From Thermoproteota archaeon (GTDB taxonomy: Archaea; Korarchaeota; Korarchaeia; Korarchaeales; Korarchaeaceae), in contig JAOZGC010000002.1 of assembly GCA_027491915.1 (NCBI GenBank), positions 448,001 to 512,000 of the forward strand: DNA of 64,000 nt, read 5' to 3'. The translations under genes and the position numbers were made by a program. The notes under the pieces were generated by a model. It did no database searches and was not told where the DNA came from. It saw only the letters and a program-made list of their open reading frames with translations. This document shows, piece after piece, positions 46,948 to 56,646 of this stretch; positions within the stretch are counted from its first letter, which is position 1, and every line of letters begins with the position of its first letter.

Positions 46948-47973
46948 TCACGCCCCCGTCAGACCCAACCACGCCGCGCCCATCGAGACGAACACGGACG
47001 CGACGGACAGCGGCAGCAGGTAGTGCCAGGCCAGCCTGATGGCCTGATCCACCCTGTACCTCGGGTAGACTGCCCTCAGGAAGACCCCCAAGGCCATGAG
47101 GGCCAGGGCCTTCGCGAACACCACCACGCCCGGCCCGAACGGGACGGCCGCCAGCTGGGGCGGGACCGGTTCCCACCCGCCGAGGAACATTATCGAGAAC
47201 AGGAGGCACAGGACGTAGTACTTCAGGTAGGAGGCCCCCATGGTCAGGCCGTACATTATGCCGCTGTACTCCGTGAAGGGCCCCATCACCAGCTCGCTCT
47301 CGGCCTCCGATATCTCGAACGGGAACCTGGAGGTGGCCAGGAAGGATATCACCAGGAAGACGAACGCAGCCAGCGGATTCAGCGCCACCCCCCAGGCGGT
47401 CTCGGCCTGGACCTCCACCATGTCCACCAGGTCCAACGTCCCGTAGGCCGCCGCCATGGACAGGGCCGCGACGAAGAGGGGTATCTCGTAGGCCATGGAC
47501 AGGAACCCCTCCCTCAGTCCCCCTATGAGGGAGAACTTGTTGTTCCCGGCCCAGCCGATTATCAGGGTCATGGCGGCCCCGAGCGTCAGCAGCGCCAGGA
47601 CTATCAGCAGGGAGACGTCGCTCCTGATCGCGTAGAACGTGCCGCTGACCGGGATGGCCACGACCGGGAGGAGCGTCAGCCCGAACAGCAGCGCGGGCCC
47701 CATCACGAAGGCCAGCGCGTCGGCCTCCTCCGGGATTATCGGCTCGGCGAAGAGGTACCTTATCAGGTCCGCCACGAGCTGCGTCGCGCCCCCCAGGTGC
47801 CTGAGCACGTAGTAGGGGCCGAACCTCCTCTGAACCTTCGCCGCCAGCTTCCTCTCGAACCATATTATGAACAGCAGAACGGCGAAGGCGGACACGAGCC
47901 CCGGGTATATCAGGGGCACGAACACCCAGGGAGAGAGAAGTAGACCCAGGATCCAGCCCAGGGCGCCCATCAC
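46948..47973 (-). CDS. nuoH: Complex-I-like subunit H
   Basis: ERKLAAKVQRRFGP, RFPFEISEAESELVMG..TEYSG, PRYRVDQ. Confidence 0.93.
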   Translation of the reverse strand: MMGALGWILGLLLSPWVFVPLIYPGLVSAFAVLLFIIWFERKLAAKVQRRFGPYYVLRHLGGATQLVADLIRYLFAEPIIPEEADALAFVMGPALLFGLTLLPVVAIPVSGTFYAIRSDVSLLIVLALLTLGAAMTLIIGWAGNNKFSLIGGLREGFLSMAYEIPLFVAALSMAAAYGTLDLVDMVEVQAETAWGVALNPLAAFVFLVISFLATSRFPFEISEAESELVMGPFTEYSGIMYGLTMGASYLKYYVLCLLFSIMFLGGWEPVPPQLAAVPFGPGVVVFAKALALMALGVFLRAVYPRYRVDQAIRLAWHYLLPLSVASVFVSMGAAWLGLTGA

Positions 47974-49151
47974 CGATCAGCCTCCGGCGGGAAGTAGTCC
48001 AGGCTGCCGTATATCGCCGGGATGTCCGCCACCCTGCAGCCCCTGGTCAGGTGCGAGAACAGCACCACGTTCCTGAGGGAGGGGGTGACCATCCTCATCC
48101 TGTAGGGCCTCGGGCCCCCGTCGCTCACCAGGTAGAACACCGCCTCCCCCCTGGCCGCCTCCACCCTTGACACGGCCTCCGCGCCCTTCGGCGGCCTGAG
48201 GGATGCCAGGATCGCCGGGAACTTGATCCTCCCGGTCTCCCTGACGTAGTCCCTCCACTTCGGGGGGATCATCTTGGCGTACCTCTCGGCCAGTATGGGC
48301 CCGTCGGGCATGCGCGCCAGGATCTGCCTTATCATTCGGATGCTCTCCCTGATCTCCCCGACCCTGACCAGCATCCTGGCCATGGAGTCTCCCTCGCTCC
48401 TGGTGACCACCTGGAAGTCCAGCTCCGGGTAGGCCGCGTAGGGCCTCGCCCTCCTGACATCGTAGGCCACTCCGGAGGCCCTGAGGTTGGGTCCGACGAC
48501 CCCGAGCCTTATGGCGTCCTCGCGCGTGAGGACCCCGACCCCCTCGAGCCTCGCCCTCGTTACGGGGTTGCTGAAGAAGATCCTGTCGTAGTCCGGCAGC
48601 CTCCTCTCCAGGTACCTGAGGGCCTTCTCCATCTCCTCGGCGAATCCCGGCGGGAGGTCCCTCCTCACCCCGCCCGGTATCATGTAGGAGTAGGTTATCC
48701 TGGCCCCGGTGAGCCTCTTGGCCATCTCTATCATGATCTCCCTGTCCCCGAAGGCCCACATGAAGGCCGTGGACGAGCCCAGCATTATCCCGTGGATCCC
48801 GAGTCCGTAGAGGTGGCTGTGTATCCTGTTCATCTCGGCCAGGAGGGTCCTGAGCCACTGGGCCCTGGGCGGCGCCTCCACCCCCAGGAGCCTCTCCACC
48901 GCCATCACGTACCCCAGGTTGTGGTTGGCGGTGTCGGCCAGGGGGGGCCTCTCTATCAGCGGGATCGTCTGGAGGTAGGTCTTGGTCTCCGCTATCTTCT
49001 CGACCGTCCTGTGGACGTACCCTATGTCCGGCCTCAGCCTGACCACGACGTCCCCGTCTACCTCGGCGACCAGCCTCATGTGGCCGGAGGCCGGGTGCTG
49101 TGGACCTATCAGCAGCTCGAGAGTCCTCTCCCCGCTCCCGGCGCCGCTCAT
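47970..49151 (-). CDS. nuoD: Complex-I-like subunit D
   Basis: GPQHP..GH, GYVHR..EK, EMNRIHSH, PPEADR; no NiFe CxxC motifs. Confidence 0.92.
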   Translation of the reverse strand: MSGAGSGERTLELLIGPQHPASGHMRLVAEVDGDVVVRLRPDIGYVHRTVEKIAETKTYLQTIPLIERPPLADTANHNLGYVMAVERLLGVEAPPRAQWLRTLLAEMNRIHSHLYGLGIHGIMLGSSTAFMWAFGDREIMIEMAKRLTGARITYSYMIPGGVRRDLPPGFAEEMEKALRYLERRLPDYDRIFFSNPVTRARLEGVGVLTREDAIRLGVVGPNLRASGVAYDVRRARPYAAYPELDFQVVTRSEGDSMARMLVRVGEIRESIRMIRQILARMPDGPILAERYAKMIPPKWRDYVRETGRIKFPAILASLRPPKGAEAVSRVEAARGEAVFYLVSDGGPRPYRMRMVTPSLRNVVLFSHLTRGCRVADIPAIYGSLDYFPPEADR

Positions 49152-49642
49152 GCGTTTATCCCCTCCGTCGGTATCTTGAAGTCCTTCCTCAGCGGCGGGG
49201 GACCCCCGAAGTCCTCTGGTAGGAGGAGCCTCTCCAGCTCAGGGTGTCCCTCGAAGATCACCCCCAGCATCTCCCACTGCTCCCTCTCCTGGTAGAGGGC
49301 GCTCGGCCAGATCTCGGTCAGCGTGGGGACCCTGGGGTCGTCCCTCGGGACCGACGTCCTGAGCTCCGCGATGATCCCCGTCAGCCCGGGGTTCCCGTAG
49401 GAGGACGCGTGGTACACCACCTCTATGATCCCCTCCCCGGGCCTGTCTATGGCCGTGACCGCCTTCACGTGGTCGAATCCCAGCCTGAGGAGCCTCTCGG
49501 CCGCCTCCCTGAGATCCTCCGGCCTGACCCTTATGGACACCACCTCTCCCCTGACCGAGAGCTCCGAGGAGATTCCCGAGAGGGCGCCCTCTATGGGCGC
49601 GGCCACCTCCCCGACCTCAGACCCGGAGGCCAACGGACTCAC
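49148..49642 (-). CDS. nuoC: Complex-I-like subunit C
   Basis: EREQWEMLGVIFEGHP, PLRKDF. Confidence 0.92.
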   Translation of the reverse strand: MSPLASGSEVGEVAAPIEGALSGISSELSVRGEVVSIRVRPEDLREAAERLLRLGFDHVKAVTAIDRPGEGIIEVVYHASSYGNPGLTGIIAELRTSVPRDDPRVPTLTEIWPSALYQEREQWEMLGVIFEGHPELERLLLPEDFGGPPPLRKDFKIPTEGINA

Positions 49643-50141
49643 CCCTCTCTATCCTCTTCTGCAGCATTATGATCGACCTGGCCACGGCCTCCGGCCTCGG
49701 CGGGCAGCCCGGGACGAACACCTCCACGGGCAGTATGTCCTTGGGCCTGACTATGTTGTAGCTGTTCCAGAATATCCCCCCGTCTATCGCGCAGGCGCCC
49801 ATGGACATGACGAACTTCGGCTCGGGCATCTGCTCGTAGACCCACACGGCGGCCTCGGCCATCTTCCTCGTCAGGGTTCCCTCTATCAGCATCAGGTTGC
49901 ACTGCCTCGGCCCCACGAACGGGAGGAACCCGAACCTCTCGGCGTCGAACCTGGGGGCCGACGCGGCGGCGAACTCCGCCCCGCAGCACGCGGTGGTGAA
50001 GTGGACCGGCCAGAGCGAGAACTTGATCCCCCAGTCCCTTATCCCCCTCACCGGGGTCCTCTCCACCAGCCACCTGGCGGCCCTCCTGGCCGACCTCTCC
50101 AGGTTGCCCACCAGCACGGTCCCGCTCAGTCCGCAGACCAT
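49617..50141 (-). CDS. nuoB: Complex-I-like subunit B
   Basis: TACCGAE, QMPEPKFV..MGAC, PGCPPRPE. Confidence 0.93.
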   Translation of the reverse strand: MVCGLSGTVLVGNLERSARRAARWLVERTPVRGIRDWGIKFSLWPVHFTTACCGAEFAAASAPRFDAERFGFLPFVGPRQCNLMLIEGTLTRKMAEAAVWVYEQMPEPKFVMSMGACAIDGGIFWNSYNIVRPKDILPVEVFVPGCPPRPEAVARSIIMLQKRIERGESVGLRV

Positions 50142-50512
50142 AGCTCTATCCTCCCGGCCAGTCTCAGGCCGTAGACCAGGGGCGGGAGGAGCAGGGCGAA
50201 TATGCCGGCGAACACGCCGGCCGCCCTGACCGGGGCGGACGCCGCGGTCAGGCACACGAAGAAGGAGTACACCATCGCCGGCTCGACCGTCAGGAAGAGG
50301 ATGAGGTAGGGATAGTACTGCATCCAGAACATCCCCCTGGCCCTGCCGACCGGCGGGTTGGCGCACTCGTACCTCTTCCTCTTCTTTGGTAGCTCCCTGG
50401 TCGGGGAGAGGATCCGCCCGAGGGCGAAACCCACCACTCCGATGCCGACGCCCAGCGCCAGGGCGACGGCGAACGCCAGGATCGCCTGCCCCCCCGCCGC
50501 CTGAACGGCCAT
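50126..50512 (-). CDS. nuoA: Complex-I-like subunit A
   Basis: RYECANPP, QYY, three TM helices. Confidence 0.9.
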   Translation of the reverse strand: MAVQAAGGQAILAFAVALALGVGIGVVGFALGRILSPTRELPKKRKRYECANPPVGRARGMFWMQYYPYLILFLTVEPAMVYSFFVCLTAASAPVRAAGVFAGIFALLLPPLVYGLRLAGRIELWSAD

Positions 50513-50545
50513 TCAACCACCCTCGCCGGGCGGGCGCCAGTCAAT

Positions 50546-50579
50546 ATTAAAAACTTTAACAAAATGTGGGATCTCCCAC
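50546..50579. promoter_or_regulatory. nuo operon promoter (minus-strand TTTTTAAT) with upstream palindrome
   Basis: AT-rich island at 50543-50565 and GTGGGA-TC-TCCCAC at 50566-50579. Confidence 0.5.
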
Positions 50580-50706
50580 CCCAGAGGCCGCCGGGCGATC
50601 AGGCCTGCGCCCCATCGTTCCGGGGCCCAATCCCAGCACAAGCTCCTCCTCTGGCGGGGAACTCCCATAGGCCCCGCTTTTATAGGCCCGCCCTCCCCGG
50701 GTCCCG

Positions 50707-51414
50707 ATGCTGGAGGGGATCGGGTTCGTCGTGGTGGGGCACAGGGGGGCGAGCGCCTACGAGCCGGAGAACACCCTGGCTTCCATCAGGAGGGCCCTGG
50801 ACATGGGGGCCGACGCGGTGGAGGTGGACGTCAGGCTCTCGGCCGACGGAGTCCCCGTCGTGATCCACGACGACACGGTGGATCGGACCACGGACGGGAC
50901 CGGGAGGGTCGGGGACATGTCGCTGGACGAGCTCAGGGGGCTGGACGCCGGGGGAGGGGAGAGGATTCCCACGCTGGGCGAGGCGCTGGGGGAGGTCCGG
51001 GGCAGGGGGGTCCTCTTCCTGGAGCTCAAGGTCCGGGAGGCGGCCGCCCCAGCCCTGGACCTCGTGAGGGGGGAGGACATGCTGGAAGAGGTCCTCTTCA
51101 CGTCCTTCTCCGCCGAGACCCTCCGGGACCTCCGGGAGGCGGAGCCCTCCTCCCACCTGGGACTGATATACCTCAAGCCGTCCGACGGGGTGGTGGGGGC
51201 CAGGAGGCTGGGGTGCGAGTTCGTCCTTCCCTTCCACAGGATGGCCACGGCCCGGGCCGTGGCCTTCGCCCACAGGATGGGGCTGAGGGTGATCCCCTGG
51301 GTGGTGGACGACCCCGGGATGGCGGCGGAGTACGCCTCCAGGGGGGTCGACGGGGTGGCCACCAACAGGCCCGACGTCATGGTCGATCTCAGGAGGTCCC
51401 TCGGCCTGGGGTGA
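50707..51414 (+). CDS. Glycerophosphodiester phosphodiesterase
   Basis: GHRGA..PENTL, EVDV, IHD, ELK. Confidence 0.92.
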   Translation: MLEGIGFVVVGHRGASAYEPENTLASIRRALDMGADAVEVDVRLSADGVPVVIHDDTVDRTTDGTGRVGDMSLDELRGLDAGGGERIPTLGEALGEVRGRGVLFLELKVREAAAPALDLVRGEDMLEEVLFTSFSAETLRDLREAEPSSHLGLIYLKPSDGVVGARRLGCEFVLPFHRMATARAVAFAHRMGLRVIPWVVDDPGMAAEYASRGVDGVATNRPDVMVDLRRSLGLG

Positions 51415-51449
51415 CGGGGCGGGGCTTTTATCGGTCCGGGTCGGTCCCG

Positions 51450-51974
51450 GTGGGGGTGTCCTTCCTGCGTATCGGGAGGGCGGCCGCGCTCGCCCTGTCC
51501 GCCGCCGGCGTCCTCCAGGCGGCAGCGGCCGCGGGCGCGGCCCACTATGGATCCGTCGTCGCGGCCGAGGTCGGGGCCGCCGCCTCCGACCTCGCGGCGG
51601 AGCTGGACGGGCTCGAGGGGACCCTCGCCTCAGCCCGGTCCGGGCTGGATCGGGCCTCCTCAGGACTCAGGGGTGGGGCGGCCAGCCTGGAGAGGCTGGC
51701 TGGGGAGCTGGAGTCCGTGGAGATAATGGGATACAGGCCGCTGTCCGGGGCGGCGGCCGACCTCAGGTCCCTGGCCTCCAACCTCTCCGCGACGGCCGAG
51801 GGCATATCCTCCGTGAGCCTGCCCGACGTCTCCGGGCTGAGGGCCCGGTTGGCCGGGATATCCGAGGTCGTCTCCTCGGCCGAGGCGGCCCTGAATCTGC
51901 TGGCCGCCTCCCTGGGGCTCGGGGGGGTCGGCCTCGCGCTGGCCGGCGCGGCCCTCTACCGGCTATCCGACTGA
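51450..51974 (+). CDS. Hypothetical membrane protein (TM - coiled coil - TM)
   Basis: Hydrophobic termini around an Ala/Ser-rich helical region; AT-rich element upstream. Confidence 0.5.
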   Translation: MGVSFLRIGRAAALALSAAGVLQAAAAAGAAHYGSVVAAEVGAAASDLAAELDGLEGTLASARSGLDRASSGLRGGAASLERLAGELESVEIMGYRPLSGAAADLRSLASNLSATAEGISSVSLPDVSGLRARLAGISEVVSSAEAALNLLAASLGLGGVGLALAGAALYRLSD

Positions 51975-52813
51975 CGCAGGACCCTCGGAATCCCCAGATC
52001 GCCGGGCCTCACCCTGACGTCCCTGGGCCTGGCCGCCAGGACGAACCCGGAGAGGCGCCTCCCCGGCGTCGGAGAGAAATCCACGTCCTCGAACTCGGTC
52101 CACAGGATGGCCATCAACCCGGCCAGGTCCCAGAAGCGGACGTGGTGGATGGCGGGTCCCCTACCGGACAGCAGGTCCACCGCGGCCCTCCTGTAGCTCC
52201 CCCTGAGGTGATCGTACCCCAGGTGGGCCGTGACCAGGAGCCTCCCCGGGCCCACGTCCTCGGCCAGCAGCCTCTCGTACCTCCCGGGCCTGAGGATCCC
52301 CTCCACCCTGTCCTGCTCCTGCACCACGAACAGCCCGTCTCTGGACAGGGACTCCGCGACCGACGCCGCCAGCCTCACCAGGTCCCAGGCGTCGAAGTGG
52401 GGGGTGGAGTGACCGTAGAGGAGCGCCACGTCGAACTCGCCCCCGAGAGAGTGGACGTCGACGGCGTCCACCTCGGCCGTGGAGATCTCCAGGCCGAGCT
52501 CTTCCCTCGCGAATCTCCGGGCCTTCTCCAGGTCTTCCCCCCTCAGATCGACGGCGGTCAGCTCCACCCGGGCCCCCCTACCCAGTAGGACCCTGGCCAG
52601 GGCGACGCCGCCGATCCCCGTCCCCGAGCACAGGTCGAGCAGCCTCACCCTCCCCCGGCCGACCGCCTCTCGGAGCCAAGCGTGATCAACCAGGGATTCG
52701 AGCAGCCCGACCGCCTCCCTGTATCTGGCCCTGCCGGCCTCGGACCACGGATCCATGGGCCAGATCCCCAGGGAGTAGAGTTCCCGGAGCGAGTCGGCCC
52801 TGTCTCTCCCCAT
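51956..52813 (-). CDS. Class I SAM-dependent methyltransferase
   Basis: LLDLCSGTGIGG, AVD, FDV; ATG 52813 about 25 nt from a TTTTAAG box. Confidence 0.85.
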   Translation of the reverse strand: MGRDRADSLRELYSLGIWPMDPWSEAGRARYREAVGLLESLVDHAWLREAVGRGRVRLLDLCSGTGIGGVALARVLLGRGARVELTAVDLRGEDLEKARRFAREELGLEISTAEVDAVDVHSLGGEFDVALLYGHSTPHFDAWDLVRLAASVAESLSRDGLFVVQEQDRVEGILRPGRYERLLAEDVGPGRLLVTAHLGYDHLRGSYRRAAVDLLSGRGPAIHHVRFWDLAGLMAILWTEFEDVDFSPTPGRRLSGFVLAARPRDVRVRPGDLGIPRVLRQSDSR

Positions 52814-52855
52814 CCGCGGAGGGCGGGGGCTCACCCCCCTTAAAAGGGGGGCGGG

Positions 52856-53659
52856 TCATCCCCCTGAGTTGAGGGTCGACGCTATCTCCTTGGCCCTCTT
52901 GGTGGCGGCCTCGACGGCCCTCATGAGGGCAGTCCTTATCCCGCTCTCCTCTATGTAGAATATGCCCTCTATGGTGGTGCCCGCCGGGGTGAGCACCATC
53001 TCCTTTATGGTGGCGGGGTGGAGTCCCGTCTCCAGGTACATCTTGGCGGTCCCGAGCACGGTCTGGGCCGAGGAGAGGTAGGCCAGGTCCCTGGGGAGCC
53101 CCACCTTGAGGCCGGCGTATGCCATGGCCTCTATGAGGGTGGCCACGTACGCGGGGCCGCTCCCGCTGAGGGCGGTGACCGCGTCCATGTGCTCCTCGTC
53201 CACCTCCGCGTACGATCCCATCTCGCCCAGGAGCCTCTCCACGATCTCCACGTCCTCGTCCGTCACCCCGGGTCCCCTGCAGTAGGCGGTGAAGGAGGCC
53301 CCGACGGACAGGGCTATGTTGGGCATGGCCCTCACAACCTTGGCCCCTGGGGCCGCGGCGGCCAGCCTCTCCACCGGGACGGCCGCCGCCACAGATATCA
53401 GGATCTTCCCGGCCAGCAGGTCGGCCACCTCGTCCAGGACCTTGACGGCCTTCCCGGGCTTGACCGAGAGGAACACCACCTCCGCCTTCGAGGCCACCTC
53501 CCTGTTGTCCCTCGTGACGGTGACCCCGTGCCTCTCCAGGTCCCTTGCCAGCTCCACCTTCCTCCTGGAGGCGATGACCTCGTACTTCCCGCTGTCGGCC
53601 AGTATCCTGGCTATGGCCGACCCTATCTGACCCGCCCCTATCACGCCGACGCGCATCAT
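52856..53659 (-). CDS. proC: Pyrroline-5-carboxylate reductase
   Basis: GAGQIG, VKP, RAMPN, TALSGSGPAY, TPAGTT. Confidence 0.95.
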   Translation of the reverse strand: MMRVGVIGAGQIGSAIARILADSGKYEVIASRRKVELARDLERHGVTVTRDNREVASKAEVVFLSVKPGKAVKVLDEVADLLAGKILISVAAAVPVERLAAAAPGAKVVRAMPNIALSVGASFTAYCRGPGVTDEDVEIVERLLGEMGSYAEVDEEHMDAVTALSGSGPAYVATLIEAMAYAGLKVGLPRDLAYLSSAQTVLGTAKMYLETGLHPATIKEMVLTPAGTTIEGIFYIEESGIRTALMRAVEAATKRAKEIASTLNSGG

Positions 53660-53747
53660 GCGTCCACCAGACCCGGCCAGCCGTATTTACCCGTTTTCTT
53701 CGACTACCATGGTTAAGAGCTACCCCCGGACCCGGGCGGGGATCGGG

Positions 53748-54104
53748 ATGGTCGAGCCGGTCGTCGGAGCGGCCGAGGAAGTCCCGGAGGAGGACGTCCC
53801 GGGGGCTCCCGGGACCAAGATAAGGTGGCTCCTGTCTCCCGGCGTGGGGGCGCCCAACTTCTCCATGAGGCTCTTCTCCATAGCCCCGGGGGGCAGGATA
53901 CCCGAGCACTCCCACGACTGGGAGCACGAGATATACGTCCTCTCGGGCAGGGGGGTGATAACCATATCCGGCAGGAGGCACGAGGTCGGGCCGGGCACCT
54001 ACGTTCTCATCCCCCCGAACCTGCCCCACGGATACGAGCAGGTGGGACCCGAGGAGCTCAGGTTCCTCTGCCTGATACCGAACAGGGGCGCCGGCGGCAG
54101 GTGA
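53748..54104 (+). CDS. Cupin domain protein
   Basis: PGG..HSHDWEHEIYVLSG, IPPNLPH. Confidence 0.88.
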   Translation: MVEPVVGAAEEVPEEDVPGAPGTKIRWLLSPGVGAPNFSMRLFSIAPGGRIPEHSHDWEHEIYVLSGRGVITISGRRHEVGPGTYVLIPPNLPHGYEQVGPEELRFLCLIPNRGAGGR

Positions 54105-54121
54105 GCGGCGGGCCCCGCCCG

Positions 54122-56044
54122 CTACAGTCCCGCCGCGGCCGCCAGGTGGGCGGCCGCCCCGGCTACCAGCAGCCCCCAGGCCAGGGCGGCGAGCTCCAGC
54201 GCAGCGGCGAACCTGCACCCCAGCTCCCGGCACGCGGTCCCGAAGGCTATCACGCACGGCAGCTGTATCGTAGAAGCCAGGCCGAAGGTGACCATCTGGG
54301 CCGGGGTCATGTAGGCCCCTATCCCGCCCTCCCCGGCTGCGACGGCCAGCATCCCCACCGTCAGGTCCTTCTGGAGGAACCCGAAGGCCAGCGGCACGGC
54401 CGCCCCCGCCGGAAGGAGGAGCCAACCCTCCGTCAGGGGCCTGAGCGGCCCGACGACCGCCGACACGAGACCGACCTCCTCGGCCAGCCTGTATCCCATC
54501 CCCCCCAGGAACAGCAGGGGGATGACCACGTAGACGAAATCCCTCATCCTGATCCAGCTCTTCGCGAGAACGTTGGAGGCCATGGGCCTCCTGTAGGGTG
54601 GCAGCTCGAGCAGCAGGGGAGAAGAGGGCTCTCCCAGCAGCAGGGATGAGAGCCTCGTCAGGACCAGTCCCGCCGCCACGGACACCACGTAGACGGCCGC
54701 CGCGTGCCAGGGCCCGGCGTAGGACGCCACCAGACCGAAGATCACGGCGCTCCTGGAGGAGCACGGGATTCCAACCAGTCCCACCGCGGCCCTCATCCTG
54801 CTCCTCCTGGACGGCAGTATCCTGGTGGCCTTCAGGGCGGGCACGCTGCACCCGGCCCCGAGCATCAGGGGTATGGCCGCCTTCCCCGGGAGCCCCAACC
54901 TCCCCATGATCCTCGACAGGCTGAGGACGGTCCTGGGCAGCACGCCCACGTCCTCCAACGCCCCCAGCATCAGGTAGAACAGGAACACGTAGGAGACGGC
55001 TATCCCGACGCCGGCGGCCGTCCCCGTCAGGGCCGCCTCCGCGAGATCCGCCCACCACCCGGCCCCGGCGAGGATCCGGTGGGAGGCGGCCAGGATCAGG
55101 TTCGCCGCCCTCGTCATGATCCCCTGGGCCGCGCCCCCCGCGACCGTCAGCGCGTAGAAGGCCGCCCCCAGGATGCCCAGGTTGACGATCCAACCGTAGG
55201 TCGGGTTGAGGAGCACCCTGTCGGCCCGATCGGACAGGGAGGGTCGCCTCCTCCCGCCGGACACCCTCTCCATCCGGGAGCACCCGGCGGCTACGAGGGC
55301 CGCGTAGCCGTGCCTGGTGAGCATGAGGTCCCTCGCCAGATCCCCGTGGTGCTCCAGGACATCGCGGGGGAGGAGGCCGCCCGCCCTCAGGCCCACCATC
55401 TCGGCGACGTCCTCGTCCCCCTCGAGCAGCCTGATGGCCAGGAACCTGCGGGGGAATCTCGTCCCGGCCGGGAGGGCAGAGGCGACCGACGATATGGCCT
55501 CCTCTATGTGGTCGTCGTACCTCAGCACGATGGGTCTCACCTCCATCGAGGCCGCCCCCATTATCGTGGCCACCAGCCTGGCGAGCCCCCTCCCCGTCAG
55601 CGGATTTATCGGCACCACGGGGACCCCGAGCCTCTTGGCCAGCTCCGCCGGGTCGACGCGTATCCCCTTCCTCTCCGCCTCCTCGACGAAGTTCAGGGCG
55701 ACCACCATCCTGACCCCGGCCTCCCTGAGCTGCAGCGTTAGGTAGAGGGACCTCTCCAGGGAGGTGGCGTCCACCAGGTTCACCACCACGTCGTAGTCCT
55801 CCCGGAGGAGGGCCAACTTGGCGACCCTCTCGTCCTCCGAAGAGTCGGACAGGCTGTACACCCCCGGGGTGTCCAGGATGGATATCTCCAGGTCGTACAC
55901 CCTGGCCGTCGCCTCGGTGACCTCCACCGTCGTCCCGGGGTAGTTGGACGCTATGACCCGACCCCCGGCCAGGGCGTTGAGGAGGCTCGACTTCCCCGCG
56001 TTCGGCTGTCCGAAGAGGATTATCGAGATCCCCGACCGGCTCAG
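54122..56044 (-). CDS. feoB: Ferrous iron transporter FeoB (start non-canonical or frameshifted)
   Basis: In-frame GQPNAGKS and NYPGTTVE upstream of the GTG at 55927; DTPG, GCSVPA, PCSSR, ELPPYR, PC. Confidence 0.88.
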   Translation of the reverse strand: MSRSGISIILFGQPNAGKSSLLNALAGGRVIASNYPGTTVEVTEATARVYDLEISILDTPGVYSLSDSSEDERVAKLALLREDYDVVVNLVDATSLERSLYLTLQLREAGVRMVVALNFVEEAERKGIRVDPAELAKRLGVPVVPINPLTGRGLARLVATIMGAASMEVRPIVLRYDDHIEEAISSVASALPAGTRFPRRFLAIRLLEGDEDVAEMVGLRAGGLLPRDVLEHHGDLARDLMLTRHGYAALVAAGCSRMERVSGGRRRPSLSDRADRVLLNPTYGWIVNLGILGAAFYALTVAGGAAQGIMTRAANLILAASHRILAGAGWWADLAEAALTGTAAGVGIAVSYVFLFYLMLGALEDVGVLPRTVLSLSRIMGRLGLPGKAAIPLMLGAGCSVPALKATRILPSRRSRMRAAVGLVGIPCSSRSAVIFGLVASYAGPWHAAAVYVVSVAAGLVLTRLSSLLLGEPSSPLLLELPPYRRPMASNVLAKSWIRMRDFVYVVIPLLFLGGMGYRLAEEVGLVSAVVGPLRPLTEGWLLLPAGAAVPLAFGFLQKDLTVGMLAVAAGEGGIGAYMTPAQMVTFGLASTIQLPCVIAFGTACRELGCRFAAALELAALAWGLLVAGAAAHLAAAAGL

Positions 56045-56646
56045 CCCCCACCACCGCCCTCCGGGATCACCAGGATCATGTCGGCCAGCTCCCTGCCCAG
56101 GGCCACCTTCCTCCCGGAGACCTCCACCACGATCCCGTCTCCCAGGTCCTCGGTCACGGAGACCACGGCGCCGGGCGCCAGCCCCATGCCCAGGAGCCTG
56201 GAGAGGATCCTAGAGTCTTGGGCAGATATGGCCACGATCTTGACCGACGATCCCACCCTCACCTCCCCCAGACCGACCGCCCCCTCGGCTAGCCTCACCC
56301 TCTCCCTCATCTTCCCCAGGAGGTCCCCTGGGACCACGTGCTCCAGGACGTGGGCCAGGTCGTGCGCCCGCCCCTCTCGGAACTCCCTCCGGAAGAACTC
56401 CTCTATCGTCCTGTGCCTCTCGTACAGGGAGGCCCCCTCGGCCAGCCCGGGCTCGGTCAGACGGATCCTGTTCCCCCTCCTGAGGATCTTCCCCTCGGAT
56501 TCCAGCTCGCCGAGGATCTCGTCCAGGTCGGCCCCCTCAATTCCCACCTCCTCCGAAAGCTCCCCCTCCCCGACCCACTCCGAGGGACGCCCGCTCTCCA
56601 CCACGTACCTGAGCACGTCCTCCTTGGCCACCCTCAGGCGGTCCAT
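56041..56646 (-). CDS. DtxR/MntR-family metal regulator with C-terminal FeoA domain
   Basis: wHTH, LTEPG, ERHRTIEEF, AHVLEH, RLLGMGLAPG..VALG. Confidence 0.88.
   Translation of the reverse strand: MDRLRVAKEDVLRYVVESGRPSEWVGEGELSEEVGIEGADLDEILGELESEGKILRRGNRIRLTEPGLAEGASLYERHRTIEEFFRREFREGRAHDLAHVLEHVVPGDLLGKMRERVRLAEGAVGLGEVRVGSSVKIVAISAQDSRILSRLLGMGLAPGAVVSVTEDLGDGIVVEVSGRKVALGRELADMILVIPEGGGGG

Noticed and set aside
47970-50141. Membrane-bound NiFe hydrogenase or MBS reading of the nuo cluster
   Set aside because: The large subunit lacks both CxxC motifs and the MBS cysteines; subunit set matches Nuo A-D and H-N
52686-56054. 1122-aa minus-strand ORF and many similar long overlapping ORFs (e.g. 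19131-21218, 41741-43990, 5' part of 15836-18250)
   Set aside because: Gly/Arg/Pro-rich shadow frames caused by high GC; they overlap genes with clear family motifs
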